From positions 1-35,596 of the forward strand of contig NW_027191416.1 of assembly GCF_041146345.1 (NCBI RefSeq): 35,596 nucleotides of DNA, given 5' to 3'. The notes beneath the pieces are model-generated. The model ran no database searches. It had not been told where the DNA came from and saw only the letters and a program-made list of their open reading frames with translations. The stretch is from Neodothiora populina. Taxonomy: Eukaryota. Both the position numbers and the translations under genes were made by a program. Of this stretch, positions 23,045 through 34,882 are shown piece after piece; position 1 is the first letter of the stretch; every line of letters begins with the position of its first letter.

Positions 23045-24759
23045 ATGTAATGTAAAATTTCATCCTAAGCTAGGACTTTGGTCCAGGCTAGGATGGCAAG
23101 TATATAAAGAAACTATTACGAATATCTAGCTATATATCAAAAAGAGGTTTTTAAATTGAGGAAAGGGAGTTGTTTCCTTGATGCGAAAGGAGTGCTTTAT
23201 CTCTGTGAAAGTAAGGGAAACTTTACTTTTGTGTGAATAAAGTCCTTTTGTGTGAAGGAAGTGACGTTGATCGGACCACATGAACTTTTGGAAAAATCCT
23301 ATATATAAACGAAGTGAATTGAAATATCTTATTAGCTTCAGGAATAAAAATCAAACGAGATTCTATGATTAGTGTGAATGAAAGTAGAAAAGCCTAAAAG
23401 TAAAACGGATTAAAATTTGTTTGAATAAAGGGGAACCTTCCTCTAAGGCTAAATATGATATATAAGCGACAGTGAACTAGTACCGAAAGGGAAAGATTTG
23501 AAATAGTAGTTTTATAAGCAGCTCAAGTAAAGTTTAAATAAAAAATTAGAGCGTACCTTTTGCATAATGGGTCAGCAAGTTAATATTAGATGCGAGAGTG
23601 AAGGAGTAACGCCGTAGTGTAATTGAACTCATTAAGGTTATGACTAAGGGTAAAACTGGTGTTGTATCTGAGGTGAGGAATAGATAAGCGAAAGTCGAAA
23701 GTGCACTCCTAGATAAACCGATTATTAAATAATGAATTAGTATCTAAAATTAGACCCGAAGCCTGGTGATCTTACCATGATCAGGGTTATAAAAGCCCGA
23801 ACGGGTTATCGTTGTAAAGATATCCGAAGAATTGTGGTAAGTTAGTGAAAGACAATACTGACCAGGATAGCTGGTTTTCCGCGAAACCTATATAAGTAGG
23901 TAATTCAAATAACATCATAGCAGGTACAGAATTGTGATCTCAGACAAATAGTTTTCTAAGAAAACTCTTGTATATATCGGGGGATCGTGAAGATTTTATC
24001 GGTGAGGATTTGCACTCGGAAGGGCAATGATGAATATTGAATAATCGGACATAGTACGATAAGGTTGTATGTCCAAAGGGAAACAGCCCAGAACAAGTGT
24101 TTAAGGTTCCAAAATTATTGTTAAGTGAAATTAAGGAAGTTTTTTTCAAATACAACCAGGAAATAGGCTTAGAAGCGGCCATTTTTTGAAGACCTCGTAA
24201 CAGAGCACTGGTTTAATAAATAAGTTAAAAGCACCGAAAATTTAACGGATCTAAACAATATACCGACACCTTGTCCATAAGTATTAATAAAATATCACTT
24301 TTGTGGTGAAATATTGTATTTATGGGGTAGCGGAACGTTGGGCAAATCTAAGATGTAATCTTTTTAAGATTATATACCAAGTGATTGTATCTTAGTTTCT
24401 AAGGTAATAATCTAGGTTAGATAACCCAAGTGAGAATGCTGGCATGAGTAACGAAAAAGGGATTAAGATCCCTCGCCTAAAGCTTATGGTATTAATGTAA
24501 AGTAACGGCCTCTAAGTTTATTGGCCTGCCCTAAAGGACTAAACGATGAGCAAATCTTTTTATATGTCCAACAACCCATTTCTTTTTAATCTTTCTGAAA
24601 AAATAAGCCACTTCTTTTTGAAAAAAAGAAGCTAAATATTGAGAAGGGTTAAAAAAGAGTAAATGGTGTTCAGGAAAACGATATATAATTATTAACCGTA
24701 CCTAAATACTACCACAAGTAAGCTAGTAGAGAATACGAAGGCGTTTGAGCTAACAATCA

Positions 24760-24791
<32 letters not shown>

Positions 24792-26500
24792 CGGGATAAG
24801 GTGTGCCATTCTTCCTGAACAGTATCAGGTTAAGAATAGGAGGCATAGAATGGTGTTGTACGACTGTTTAATTAAAACAAAGCACTTTGCGTAAGATGAT
24901 AAATCAAAGTATTGAGTGTGAATTCTGCCCAATGTTGGCTGGTTAACGGAATTACTTAGTTGACTAAAATAAGCTAGGTTATGAAGGAACCCCCAATCAA
25001 TGGCGGCCTTACCGATGAGGGTCCTAAGGTAGCGGAATACCCTGGCCGTTAAATGCGGTCTTGCATGAATGATTTAACGATACAACAGCTGTCTCAATGA
25101 TTGGCTCAGTGAAATTGGAATAACTGTGCAGATACAGTTTACCTCTAGTTAGACGAGAAGACCCTATGCAGCTTTACTGTTGCTAGTTATTGGATATGAC
25201 CAAACAAGTTGTAGTGTATAAGGTAGTTGACGAAATACAATTGAAACACCTTTACTTAGTTTATCATATCAGTAGAATACCATGAAAGCTAGGGAAAGGT
25301 GGATAAAACCAAGGTTTGTCCACCAAAAGAAAATTACTTTGCAAAAAGGAAGAATCTAGTTAGTAGGCAAAATCTACAATACTTATCCAAAAAGGAAGAG
25401 GGGTCAGATGGTTTTTACCATTTAACCCGGGAAACAGTTGCTAGTAGACGGTTTATGCGGGGCACAGATCCCATAAAAAGTACCTGGGTGTATCCAAAGT
25501 TAATTTTGTAATTTGCTCTTTAGCGCAAGATTTTTTGCGCTAACAGGCAATTAAACTTGTATAGGCTAGCTTAGTCGTGTCTTTTGACCGTTTAGGCTTG
25601 TACTGCAGGTTTTTTTCTTAGTTTGTTATATTTTATCCATGGCAACATGATAATTTATTCAGTTATATATCTATTAAGTTAGATTTATTTTTTTTATTTT
25701 AAGTAAGATTTTAACTATATGGAAAATAGATGTAAATAAAACAATAATTGCGTAATAAGACGTTGTATTGTTTTAAGTTATTTTATTATTAAAGATAATA
25801 ATAAGATGATTTTTATGTTTACTTATAAAGTTTAATGGCTTAATCTTGCTTTACTGTTTGACTTACACGTCTATCAGTCGCGTAAGCGGGGCATATGATC
25901 ACAAGATGCAGAAAGGAAAGGTCTTGGATTTTTGAAAAAGCTACGCTAGGGATAACAGGCTAATTGCGCCAGAGAGTACAAATTGAGTGCGCAGTTTGGC
26001 ACCTCGATGTCGACTTAGCTCATCCACATGAATGCAGGAATCATGAAGGGTACGACTGTTCGTCGATTAAAGAGCTACACGAGTTGGGTTAAATACGTCG
26101 TGAGACAGTATGGTTTCTATCTTCTAGAGGAAATTAGAGTAAAATAAGGATAGCCCCTTCGTACGAAAGGAGTTGGGTATATTAACCCCTGGTTTACCTG
26201 TTGTTTATGTAACCAATATTAGCCGATTACTTCTTTTGGTTATTTTTTGAAGTACGGCAGAATTGTATGGTATATTACTATTACTCTCGTATATATAAAT
26301 CGCATAGGCACGGCAGGAAAGCTATGTTAGTTAGAGATAAGTGCTGAATGCATCTAGGCGCGAAACTTACCTTAAGATACTCTTAAATATACGTAGTATA
26401 ACACTACGAATCTTATTTAATAAGAATTATACCTTATTAAATAATGCATAGGCTTTAGCTTAAAGGATTTTGATGTCTTCAGGTATAAAGTACTAATTTT
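23045..26500 (+). rRNA. rnl: Mitochondrial large subunit rRNA, apparently intron-less (ends approximate)
   Basis: GACCCGAAGCC, GGAACTCGGCAAA, GACGAGAAGACCCT, uninterrupted CTAGGGATAACAGG, CACCTCGATGTCG, sarcin-ricin GTACGAAAGGA. Confidence 0.96.
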
Positions 26501-26641
26501 ATTAAAAACTAAATAATATACTTATTGTTAATACATTACCAGTTAAATAGCTTTTTAACACCAAATTTTATTCAATTATCATTAAAAGATGTTTTTAGAA
26601 AAGCTTACTAACATTTCAAAATTAAAATTTTAGTGATATAG

Positions 26642-26712
26642 GCCCGGTTAGCATAAAAGTAATGCAACCGTTTTGTAATCGGTAGAAGTAAGTGCGATAC
26701 TTGCACGGGGCT
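26642..26712 (+). tRNA. trnT: tRNA-Thr(TGT)
   Basis: ACCG-T-TTTGTAA-T-CGGT. Confidence 0.9.
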
Positions 26713-26824
26713 TTTTTCTTAAAAAAATATGACAGAGTTATTTAGCGGTCTTCTTAAATTTTACATGATTATTTAAAGGGCCCTTTTAACCTTGGCTTTA
26801 TTTTTACATATATATGTAAATATA

Positions 26825-26895
26825 TGCGGATTGATGTAATAGTAACATAACTGGCTCATGATCAGTAAACAGGGGTGCAAATCCTCTATCCGCAC
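26825..26895 (+). tRNA. trnM: tRNA-Met(CAT), probably initiator
   Basis: ACTGG-CTCATGA-TCAGT; GTGCAAATC T loop. Confidence 0.9.
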
Positions 26896-26901
26896 GTCAT
26901 A

Positions 26902-26974
26902 AAGGCTATAGCTTAATTGGTAAAGCAAGCTGCTCATGATAGCTCAGATGAGTGTTCGAATCCCTCTGGCCTTA
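26902..26974 (+). tRNA. trnM: tRNA-Met(CAT)
   Basis: AGCTG-CTCATGA-TAGCT. Confidence 0.92.
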
Positions 26975-27098
26975 AAAACAAATAAAAAACTTTAAGTTTT
27001 GATAAATATCACTGCAGGGTTTACATTTAGGATAAGTTAATGAAAAAAGACTTCTATTTCAAACCATAGATATTAAAATATTAAATTTAACACATATT

Positions 27099-27851
27099 AT
27101 GATTACATTTTTTAACCAATTTTTTACAAGTTGTGACGCACCTAGAGCTTGAGGTGTTTATTTCCAGGATAGTGCTAGCCCACAAATGGAAGCTTTAGTA
27201 GAATTACATGATAATATCATGTTTTACTTAGTTATAATTTTATTTGGTGTAGGTTGAATATTAGTTAGTATAGTTAGAAACTATGTTAACAGTAAATCTC
27301 CTATAAGTAACAAATACCTTAACCACGGTACATTAATAGAATTAATTTGAACTATAACTCCTGCACTTATATTAATATTAATTGCATTTCCTTCTTTTAA
27401 ATTATTATATTTAATGGATGAAGTTACAGACCCTTCTTTAACAGTTTTTGTAGAAGGTCACCAATGATATTGAAGCTACCAATACCCTGATTTTTTAAAT
27501 GAGGATGATGAAGAATTAGAATTTGATTCCTACTTAGTTCCTGAATCAGATCTAGAAGATGGAGCGTTAAGAATGTTAGAAGTGGATAATAGAGTTATAC
27601 TACCTGAATTAACTCACGTTAGATTTATTGTATCTAGTGGAGATGTTATACATTCGTATGCTTGTCCTGCTCTAGGTATTAAATGTGATGCTTATCCTGG
27701 TAGATTAAATCAATTTTCTGTACTTATAAATAGAGAAGGTTTATTTTTTGGACAATGTTCTGAAATTTGTGGTATTTTACATAGTTCTATGCCTATCGCA
27801 ATAGAATCAGTATCACTTGAAAAATTCTTATCTTGATTACAAGAACAATAA
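27099..27851 (+). CDS. cox2: Cytochrome c oxidase subunit 2 (250 aa)
   Basis: [25 protein letters not shown]uA motifs. Confidence 0.98.
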
Positions 27852-27865
27852 ATAAAAAAAAAATA

Positions 27866-27937
27866 CTCTTATTAGCTTAATTGGTAGAGCAGGATACTTC
27901 TAATATCTGGACCCAAGTTCGAGTCTTGGATAAGAAT
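27866..27937 (+). tRNA. trnR: tRNA-Arg(TCT)
   Basis: GGATA-CTTCTAA-TATCT. Confidence 0.92.
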
Positions 27938-28108
27938 AAAAAATATTCGCTTAAAAGCCTTATATATAATTATTAGGTTTTTATGTGAATTGAGTAAGTT
28001 ATCTTCTTATTTATGTTTGAATATTATGCTTACCTTAAACATTTTCCTATAAATCCTAAATCTAGAGTTAGATATAGTCATATAAGACAAAATTATATAA
28101 TATAAACC

Positions 28109-28255
28109 ATGCCTCAACTAGTACCATTTTATTTTATTAACGAAGTAACATTTGCATTTGCAATACTTGTAACTCTTATATATATCTTTTCAAAATATGT
28201 ATTACCAAGATTTGTCCGTTTATTCACTACACGTTTATTTATAAGTAAACTTTAA
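28109..28255 (+). CDS. atp8: ATP synthase subunit 8 (48 aa)
   Basis: MPQLVPFYFINEV...LPRFVRLFTTRLFISKL. Confidence 0.97.
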   Translation: MPQLVPFYFINEVTFAFAILVTLIYIFSKYVLPRFVRLFTTRLFISKL

Positions 28256-28340
28256 TTAAGTGTTATAACTAAGGATAGTAGTAAAGGTTTTGTCTTTAAC
28301 TACGTTTTTTATTTAAATATATACATTCTCTATTCATTAC

Positions 28341-29114
28341 ATGAACTCATTTATAAACATAGCAAGCCCTCTAGACCAGTTTGAAATAAGAAATTTATTA
28401 AGCTTAGACGCTCCTATATTAGGTAATTTATCTCTATCATTAACTAACATTGGATTATATTTAACAATAGGTGGATATTTAGTGTTAGTTTTAAATTTAA
28501 TGGCTACTAACCACAACAAAGTTATATCAAATAGCTGATCAATCAGTCAAGAAACAATCTATGCTACTGTACATGGTATTGTTGTAAGTCAAATAAACGA
28601 AAAAAATGGACAAGTATACTTTCCTTTAATGTATACATTATTTGTATTTATTTTAGTTAATAATTTAATAGGTATGGTACCATACAGTTTTGCTTCAACA
28701 AGTCATTTTGTATTAACATTTTCACTTAGTTTTACATTAGTTTTAGGTGCCACACTTTTAGGTTTAAACAAACATGGATTAGAATTCTTTTCTTTATTTG
28801 TACCTGCTGGTACACCAATAGCACTTTTACCTTTATTAGTTGTTATTGAAATGATCTCTTACTTAGCTCGTAATGTTTCATTAGGGTTAAGATTAGCTGC
28901 CAATGTGTTAAGTGGTCACTTATTACTAGCTATTTTAAGTGGATTTACTTACAATATTATGACAAGTGGATTCCTTTTTATATTTTTAGGTATCTTCCCT
29001 CTAGCATTTATCGTGGCCTTTTCTTGTTTAGAATTAGCTATTGCTTTTATCCAAGCACAGGTATTCGTTATTTTAGCTTGTAGTTACGTAAAAGATGCTC
29101 TAGAATTACACTAG
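28341..29114 (+). CDS. atp6: ATP synthase subunit 6 (257 aa)
   Basis: SPLDQF, SLGLRLAANVLSGH, ELAIAFIQAQVF. Confidence 0.98.
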
Positions 29115-29513
29115 TAAAGCCAAATATTAGGTATTATAACTATTAACCTAACATTTTTTAGTAAAAAAAAAAAAATTTTTTTTTCTTACCTCTGTACATT
29201 TTATCTTTTATTAAACATCTTTATTACTTATAATTAGCTATGCTTTTTATTTTACTAAACTTTTGTAAAATAACGTTATTAAAAAGATGATTTATTTTAA
29301 AAGTTAAAATATAAATTAATAATTCAGAGGTTTGTTTTTTCAAAGTGTTAAATTACTATTTAACTGCTGAGTAAGTAAAAAAAAGAGGTTTATGTTAATA
29401 ATAAGTAAAAGAAAAGAAAAAATAATTTATAAAGCCTTTATTAAAAAACTAAGATAACACTAACGATTAAATAGATTAAACATGCAAAAAGAGCCGTTAA
29501 AGCATAAATTGCA

Positions 29514-29603
29514 ATACTTAGAATATATTAAATGTTATGTCTATTAGTAATGAAACAGATACTTAGAATATTTTAAATATTATGTCTATTAGTAATGAAA
29601 CAG
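29514..29603 (+). repeat. 45-nt tandem duplication, each unit carrying TTAGTAATGAA
   Basis: ATACTTAGAATA(T/T)(A/T)TTAAAT(G/A)TTATGTCTATTAGTAATGAAACAG twice, 2 mismatches. Confidence 0.9.
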
Positions 29604-29710
29604 ATGCTTACAAAAAATTTTTAGTAAACATCAATAATGTTTTATTACTTTTATTAAAAAAAATTAATCTAATACTCTTTCATTATTTAGCTGAATGTGC
29701 TAAAAACAAT

Positions 29711-29949
29711 ATATGTGATACAAATGTAATAATGTTGTTATTATATAATAACATAGGAAAGTCCAGTGCTTTATAAGTAGAAGTAGCGCAAGATTTTTTT
29801 GCGTTAAAAAAGTTAAAACTTTGGTTTTTAACAGAAAATAAAAGTAATTTAACTTTTTAAGTATTTATTACTGTGAAATTTAAACCCTCTATCCAGCATT
29901 TTTTTAGATATATAAATAAAAACAGGAACCGGCTTAATTGTATCCATAT
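29711..29949 (+). ncRNA. rnpB: Mitochondrial RNase P RNA
   Basis: CR-I AGGAAAGTCC (29755-29764), CR-V AACAGGAACCGGCTTA (29921-29936), terminal P1 ATATGTGATACAA/TTGTATCCATAT, P3 hairpin 29732-29754, ACAGAAA and GTGAAA (CR-II/III), TAGATATAT (CR-IV). Confidence 0.88.
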
Positions 29950-30162
29950 TAAAAAATAATAAAATAAATAAAAGAAATTTATAAATTAGTAATATAATGT
30001 ATAGCAATATGCAAAAATTAAAAAACAAAGCCTGTTAAAAGGCAAATAAACCATAAAGGTTGTATAATATTTAAGGAAGGAAGAAAAGCATGTTTAAACC
30101 ATTTTTTCTTTTCCTAGTAAAATATTATATTATTCGTATTTTGTATTTATTTTAGATTTTTT

Positions 30163-30972
30163 ATGTCTAATTTACAGAGAAGTCATTTTCAAGGTCATCC
30201 CTTTCATTTAGTCTCTCCTTCTCCTTGGCCTATTTTCACATGTATTAGTCTATTAACCCTTACTACATCAGGTGTTTTAACTATGCATGGTTTTGTTAAT
30301 GCAGGTTACTGATTAGCTTGTGCTCTAGCCTGTTTAGTATTAAGTATGTCTTTCTGATTTAGAGATGTAATAGCAGAGGGTACTTATTTAGGTAACCACA
30401 CTCTAGCCGTTCAAAGAGGTTTAAATATGGGAGTAGCTTTATTTATAGTAAGTGAAGCCTTATTTTTCTTAGCTATTTTCTGAGCTTACTTTCATAGTGC
30501 ATTATCTCCTACAGTTGAATTAGGAGCGCAATGACCTCCTCTAGGTATAGAAGCAATTAATGCCTTTGAATTACCTTTATTAAACACAGTTTTATTATTA
30601 GGTTCAGGTGTTACAATTACTTACTCACATCACTCTTTAATACAAGGAAATAGAAATGGTGCATTACTTGGTGCAATATTTACTGTATTCTTAGCTATGA
30701 TATTTACTTGTTTCCAAGGGGTTGAATATTCAGTTTCTTCATTTACTATATCAGATGGTGCTTATGGTTCATGTTTTTACTTTGGAACTGGTTTCCACGG
30801 AATACATGTTATAATCGGAACAATCTTTTTAGCCGTAGGATTCTGACGTATCTTAGCATACCATTTAACAGAAAACCACCACTTAGGGTTTGAAGCAGGT
30901 ATACTATACTGACATTTCGTTGATGTTGTTTGACTGTTTTTGTTCTTGTCCGTTTATTACTGGGGTTCTTAA
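30163..30972 (+). CDS. cox3: Cytochrome c oxidase subunit 3 (269 aa)
   Basis: [41 protein letters not shown]. Confidence 0.98.
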
Positions 30973-31040
30973 TTTTTTCTGTTTTTTGCTTAGCTAGCTC
31001 TTTATGCTACATAGTGCTTCAAGTAACAGCACTATTAATT

Positions 31041-32245
31041 ATGGCAACATATTTAATAGTGAAAAATATTAACTCTATCAGCTCAAGTAATAAACTTACT
31101 TTTTTTGCTTCAATATTCAGAGCTGGAATAATACTTAAAATAGTCTCTGGCTTAAATAAGTTAAGAGATTTATTAAGTAGAACCTTTAGTGATAGAACGG
31201 AACCGAAAGGTTATCGGCTTCGTTATAAAAATATCTCACAATTTTCTCCGGTTAAACCAAGAGGTTTAAATGGTTTAAATAGTTTAACTTTAACCAGAAA
31301 TTTTTCTATTACACCTCGTCGGTATATTCAAGATGATCCTGATAACAACCCCGACACTACAGACAACCAACCCCACACTCCGGTTTTAGAAACAAATCCT
31401 AACTACACCTATGCAGAATCTCCTATTGAATCAGATATAGAAGAATCTAGTGAACAATTAGCTGAGCAATTTAAACATAGACCAACGCAATTGATAGATC
31501 GTCAAACTGAGAAAATGGCAACTTTATCTGAAAAATCCCAAACCTATCTTTTAGAAATAATGGAGGATCGTTCAAATGAGAGAGCTGAGGTTCAAGATAG
31601 CGAACTAAAAGATTTCGATAGACAAACTAAAGAAATTATCCGGGACGAAGGTGAAGTGTTTGTAAGAGATATAACTAATATAGCTCGTATTCGGGATGAT
31701 GCTCTGGACTTATTGGATAATGCTAAAATACTTGAATCGGATTATGAATCAGATTATGAGTCTCAAACATCTCAGGATAAGTATAACAACTTAGATCTTA
31801 CTGATAATAACTTCAAAAATGATCATAATACATTTTTACAATCTCTTTTAAGTACACTTCCTGATTCTGATTCTGATTCAAATGAGGAAGATTTTTCGGA
31901 TAATAGTAGTAAAAATGCGGATGATGAATCTTCTGATCTAAACTTAGATCCACCTGTTGAGGCTGGACCTTCGAACTATTGAAAAAAACCCCTGTCATTG
32001 AAACAGGCCATAGTTCTAAAAGAAAACGTGATGATTCAGAAGAAGAAGAAACATCACATAAAAGAAAACGTGATGATTCAGAAGAAGAAACCTCTAATAA
32101 AAGACCTAAGTTGGAAGATTTTAAGGATTCTCCTAAAAAGGTAGATTCAGATAATAATCCATCTCAGGATAAAGGAAGTCCTCTGGATTACGTTCTGGAT
32201 AAACAACAGTCAGAACCTTATGATTTTACAGACGATATAGATTAA
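31041..32245 (+). CDS. Acidic orphan ORF downstream of cox3 with an apparent -1 frameshift at 31982-31988 (unshifted frame ends at 32144)
   Basis: First ATG at 31041 (frame open further upstream, over the cox3 end); acidic composition continues only in the -1 frame to TAA 32245. Confidence 0.65.
32018..32098 (+). repeat. Tandem duplication encoding KRKRDDSEEE(E)TS twice
   Basis: AAAAGAAAACGTGATGATTCAGAAGAAGAA at 32018 and 32060. Confidence 0.9.
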
Positions 32246-32604
32246 AAAATACTACTTTTTAATTCACACTTTTTTGATTAAATCTGTTTTTAGTTTGGTT
32301 ATAACTTTGTAACTTAATGTGATATTTTTCTTTATTACGCAAATTACTCGTGGTTTTTAGCTTTACAAATTTTGTAGGTAAAATTATTAAAAAAACCTCA
32401 ATAAAAAAAATAAAAAAAAATAAAAAAGACAATAAAAAAGTAGGTGTAAGAGCTTAGATATGGATCGCAAAACATTTCTATATCAATAATATATTTTTAT
32501 TTAACCATATAGATGTATATGGTGTTAAGTACATTTAAAAACGAAAAAATGTTTTTAAATAAATTTACAGGAAAATTTCTTATATATTAACTTATTAATA
32601 ACTT

Positions 32605-34077
32605 ATGTTGCTTACGCTTTTATTATTAATACCTATAGCAGGTATCTTTTTAATCACTACAACAATGTATCATGATAATTCAGTAAAAAATGTTAAACAA
32701 ATAAAAGTAACTGCTTTAGTTACATCTTTAATAAATTTATTTGTTTCAATCATTGTTTTTATCTTTTTTAATTTTAGTAGTAATCAATTTCAATTTGTGC
32801 AAGAATATCATAAAATAAGTAGTTTTGATTTTTATTTAGGTGTAGATGGTATATCAATATACTTTGTAATTTTAACCACTATCTTAATGCCTATCGCACT
32901 TTTAGCTAATTGAAGTTCTATATCAGAAAATGTGAGATCATATGTGATAATAGTTTTATTACTTGAAACATTATTACTAGCCGTTTTCTTAGTATTAGAT
33001 GTATTATTATTCTATATCTTTTTTGAAAGTATCCTACCTCCTTTATTTATATTAATAGGTTTATTTGGAAGTAGTAATAAAGTTAGAGCTAGTTTTTACT
33101 TATTTTTATACACATTATTTAGTTCTTTATTTTTATTATTAGCTATACTTACAATTTCATCTGTAATGGGTACTACTGATTACGATGCATTATATAAAAC
33201 TAATTTTAATTACATGACTCAAATATTTGTATTTATGGGTGTATTTTTTGCTTTCGCGGTTAAAACACCGACTATTTTTTTACATAGTTGATTATTAAAA
33301 GCTCACGTTGAATCCCCATTAGGTGGTAGTATAATACTAGCAGGTATTGTATTAAAACTAAGTTTATATGGTATTCTTAGAATTATTTTACCTTTATTAC
33401 CTAAAGCTTATTTTTATTTAACACCACTAGTATATGTTATAGGTGTAATTACTATAATCTACGCTAGTTTTAGTACATTAAGAACAATAGATATTAAAGA
33501 ACTTATTGCTTATAGTTCTGTATCTCACGCAGCAGTGTATTTATTAGGTGTATTTAGTAATACTATTCAAGGGATAGAAGGTGGTATTGCACTAGGTCTG
33601 GGTCACGGTTTTGTATCTTCTGGTCTATTTGTTTGTGCAGGTGGAGTTTTATATGATAGATCTTCAACTAGATTAATTACTTATTATAGAGGTATTACTC
33701 AATTAATGCCACTATTTTCTATCTTATTTTTCATCTTGTGTTTAGGTAACGCAGGTACTCCTTTAACTCTTAACTTTATAGGTGAATTTATGAGTTTATA
33801 TGGTACTTTTGAAAGAATGCCTTTACTAGGTGCATTTGCTAGTAGTTCTGTTGTATTATCAGCTGCATATACTATATACATGTTTAATAGAATAGCATTT
33901 GCTGGTGCATATTCTAAATTCTTCTTCGTTAATATACCTGATCTTAATAAAAGAGAATTCTTTATTTTATTAACACTAGTTGTATTCACAGTTGTATTAG
34001 GTATATATCCTGCTCCAGTATTAGACGGTTTACACTATTCTGTATCAACTTTAATATACTATTCTCCGGTTTTATAG
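32605..34077 (+). CDS. nad4: NADH dehydrogenase subunit 4 (490 aa)
   Basis: GVDGISIYF, WLLKAHVESP, IAYSSVSH motifs. Confidence 0.98.
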
Positions 34078-34402
34078 TATCTATTTTTAACGTTTTTATT
34101 TATAGTATTTTATAGATTTAATGGTTTTATCTTTAAAGATAAAACATATTATAATTATTAGGCATTTTTAACGGTAAAAAGCCCTAATATAAAAAAAAGC
34201 TAAAGAGGTTTTTCATCTATTATTCCTAGCAAATATCTTTTTATTTATATTTCAAGGTTTTTTGAACTTCATGGTAAAGGTTCTTTTTTTTTTTAGTAAT
34301 AGATACTAATGTTGAAAAAGATACGGTTTATACATGTTTTATAAGATAAACAAGATTTCTTAACAAAAAATTATAACATAATTTTTTGTTAAATTAAATT
34401 AA

Positions 34403-34413
34403 TTAGTAATGTA
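34403..34413 (+). promoter_or_regulatory. Putative promoter TTAGTAATGTA upstream of trnW-trnI-cob
   Basis: Exact motif 41 nt before trnW. Confidence 0.6.
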
Positions 34414-34454
34414 ATGAAAAATATAAAAAATTTTAAAAATATAAAGTTTTTTTT

Positions 34455-34526
34455 AAGAGTATAGTTTAATTGGCAAAATAGGAAGCTTCAACCTTCAAAT
34501 TCTCAGTTCAAGTCTGAGTGCTCTTG
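34455..34526 (+). tRNA. trnW: tRNA-Trp(TCA)
   Basis: GAAG-CTTCAAC-CTTC; consistent with TGA=Trp. Confidence 0.93.
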
Positions 34527-34633
34527 CTTGGCTAACTTTTATTTTATTTTTTAATATTAGCCTTTCCAGGCCATAGTTGATTTGTTTCATACTTTAGCCC
34601 GCGTGGTAAAAATACATTTCGGGTCTAAACTAA

Positions 34634-34705
34634 GGTTCCTTAGCTTAATAGGTAGAGCGCATTTTTGATAAGGATGTGATCGACGTTCAATTCGTCGAGG
34701 AATCA
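34634..34705 (+). tRNA. trnI: tRNA-Ile(GAT)
   Basis: CATTT-TTGATAA-GGATG. Confidence 0.93.
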
Positions 34706-34882
34706 AATGCCTAATATATTTTATACTTATACTAGAAAAAATGTAGAATACCTACTTTTTTGAAATTAGTATTAATAAAAAAAGGCATAAAAACCAGTAA
34801 TTATTATATAGGGCAAAAGCTCTAGATATATATATATAAGATAATTAAAAATACTATGTAAAAACCAAAAAAACAAAAATAA

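Noticed and set aside
20413..25511. ORFs 20413..20637, 22285..22467, 22763..22963, 23940..24182, 25299..25511
   Set aside because: Lie inside or antisense to rns, nad6, tRNAs or rnl.
25510..25830. AT-rich insert in rnl as a possible intron
   Set aside because: No group I P7 or group II domain V signature and no ORF; made of local hairpins in a variable region, so treated as an expansion segment.
29160..29190. A-run/T-run palindromes (also about 5477-5508 and 19657-19680) as terminators
   Set aside because: Expected often in homopolymer-rich AT spacers; no independent support.
29514..29610. CRISPR-like array
   Set aside because: Only two adjacent units with no unique spacers, in organellar DNA without cas genes.
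29582..29776. 64-aa ORF as a possible atp9 or novel peptide
   Set aside because: No ATP9 motifs; begins in the tandem repeat and overlaps rnpB.
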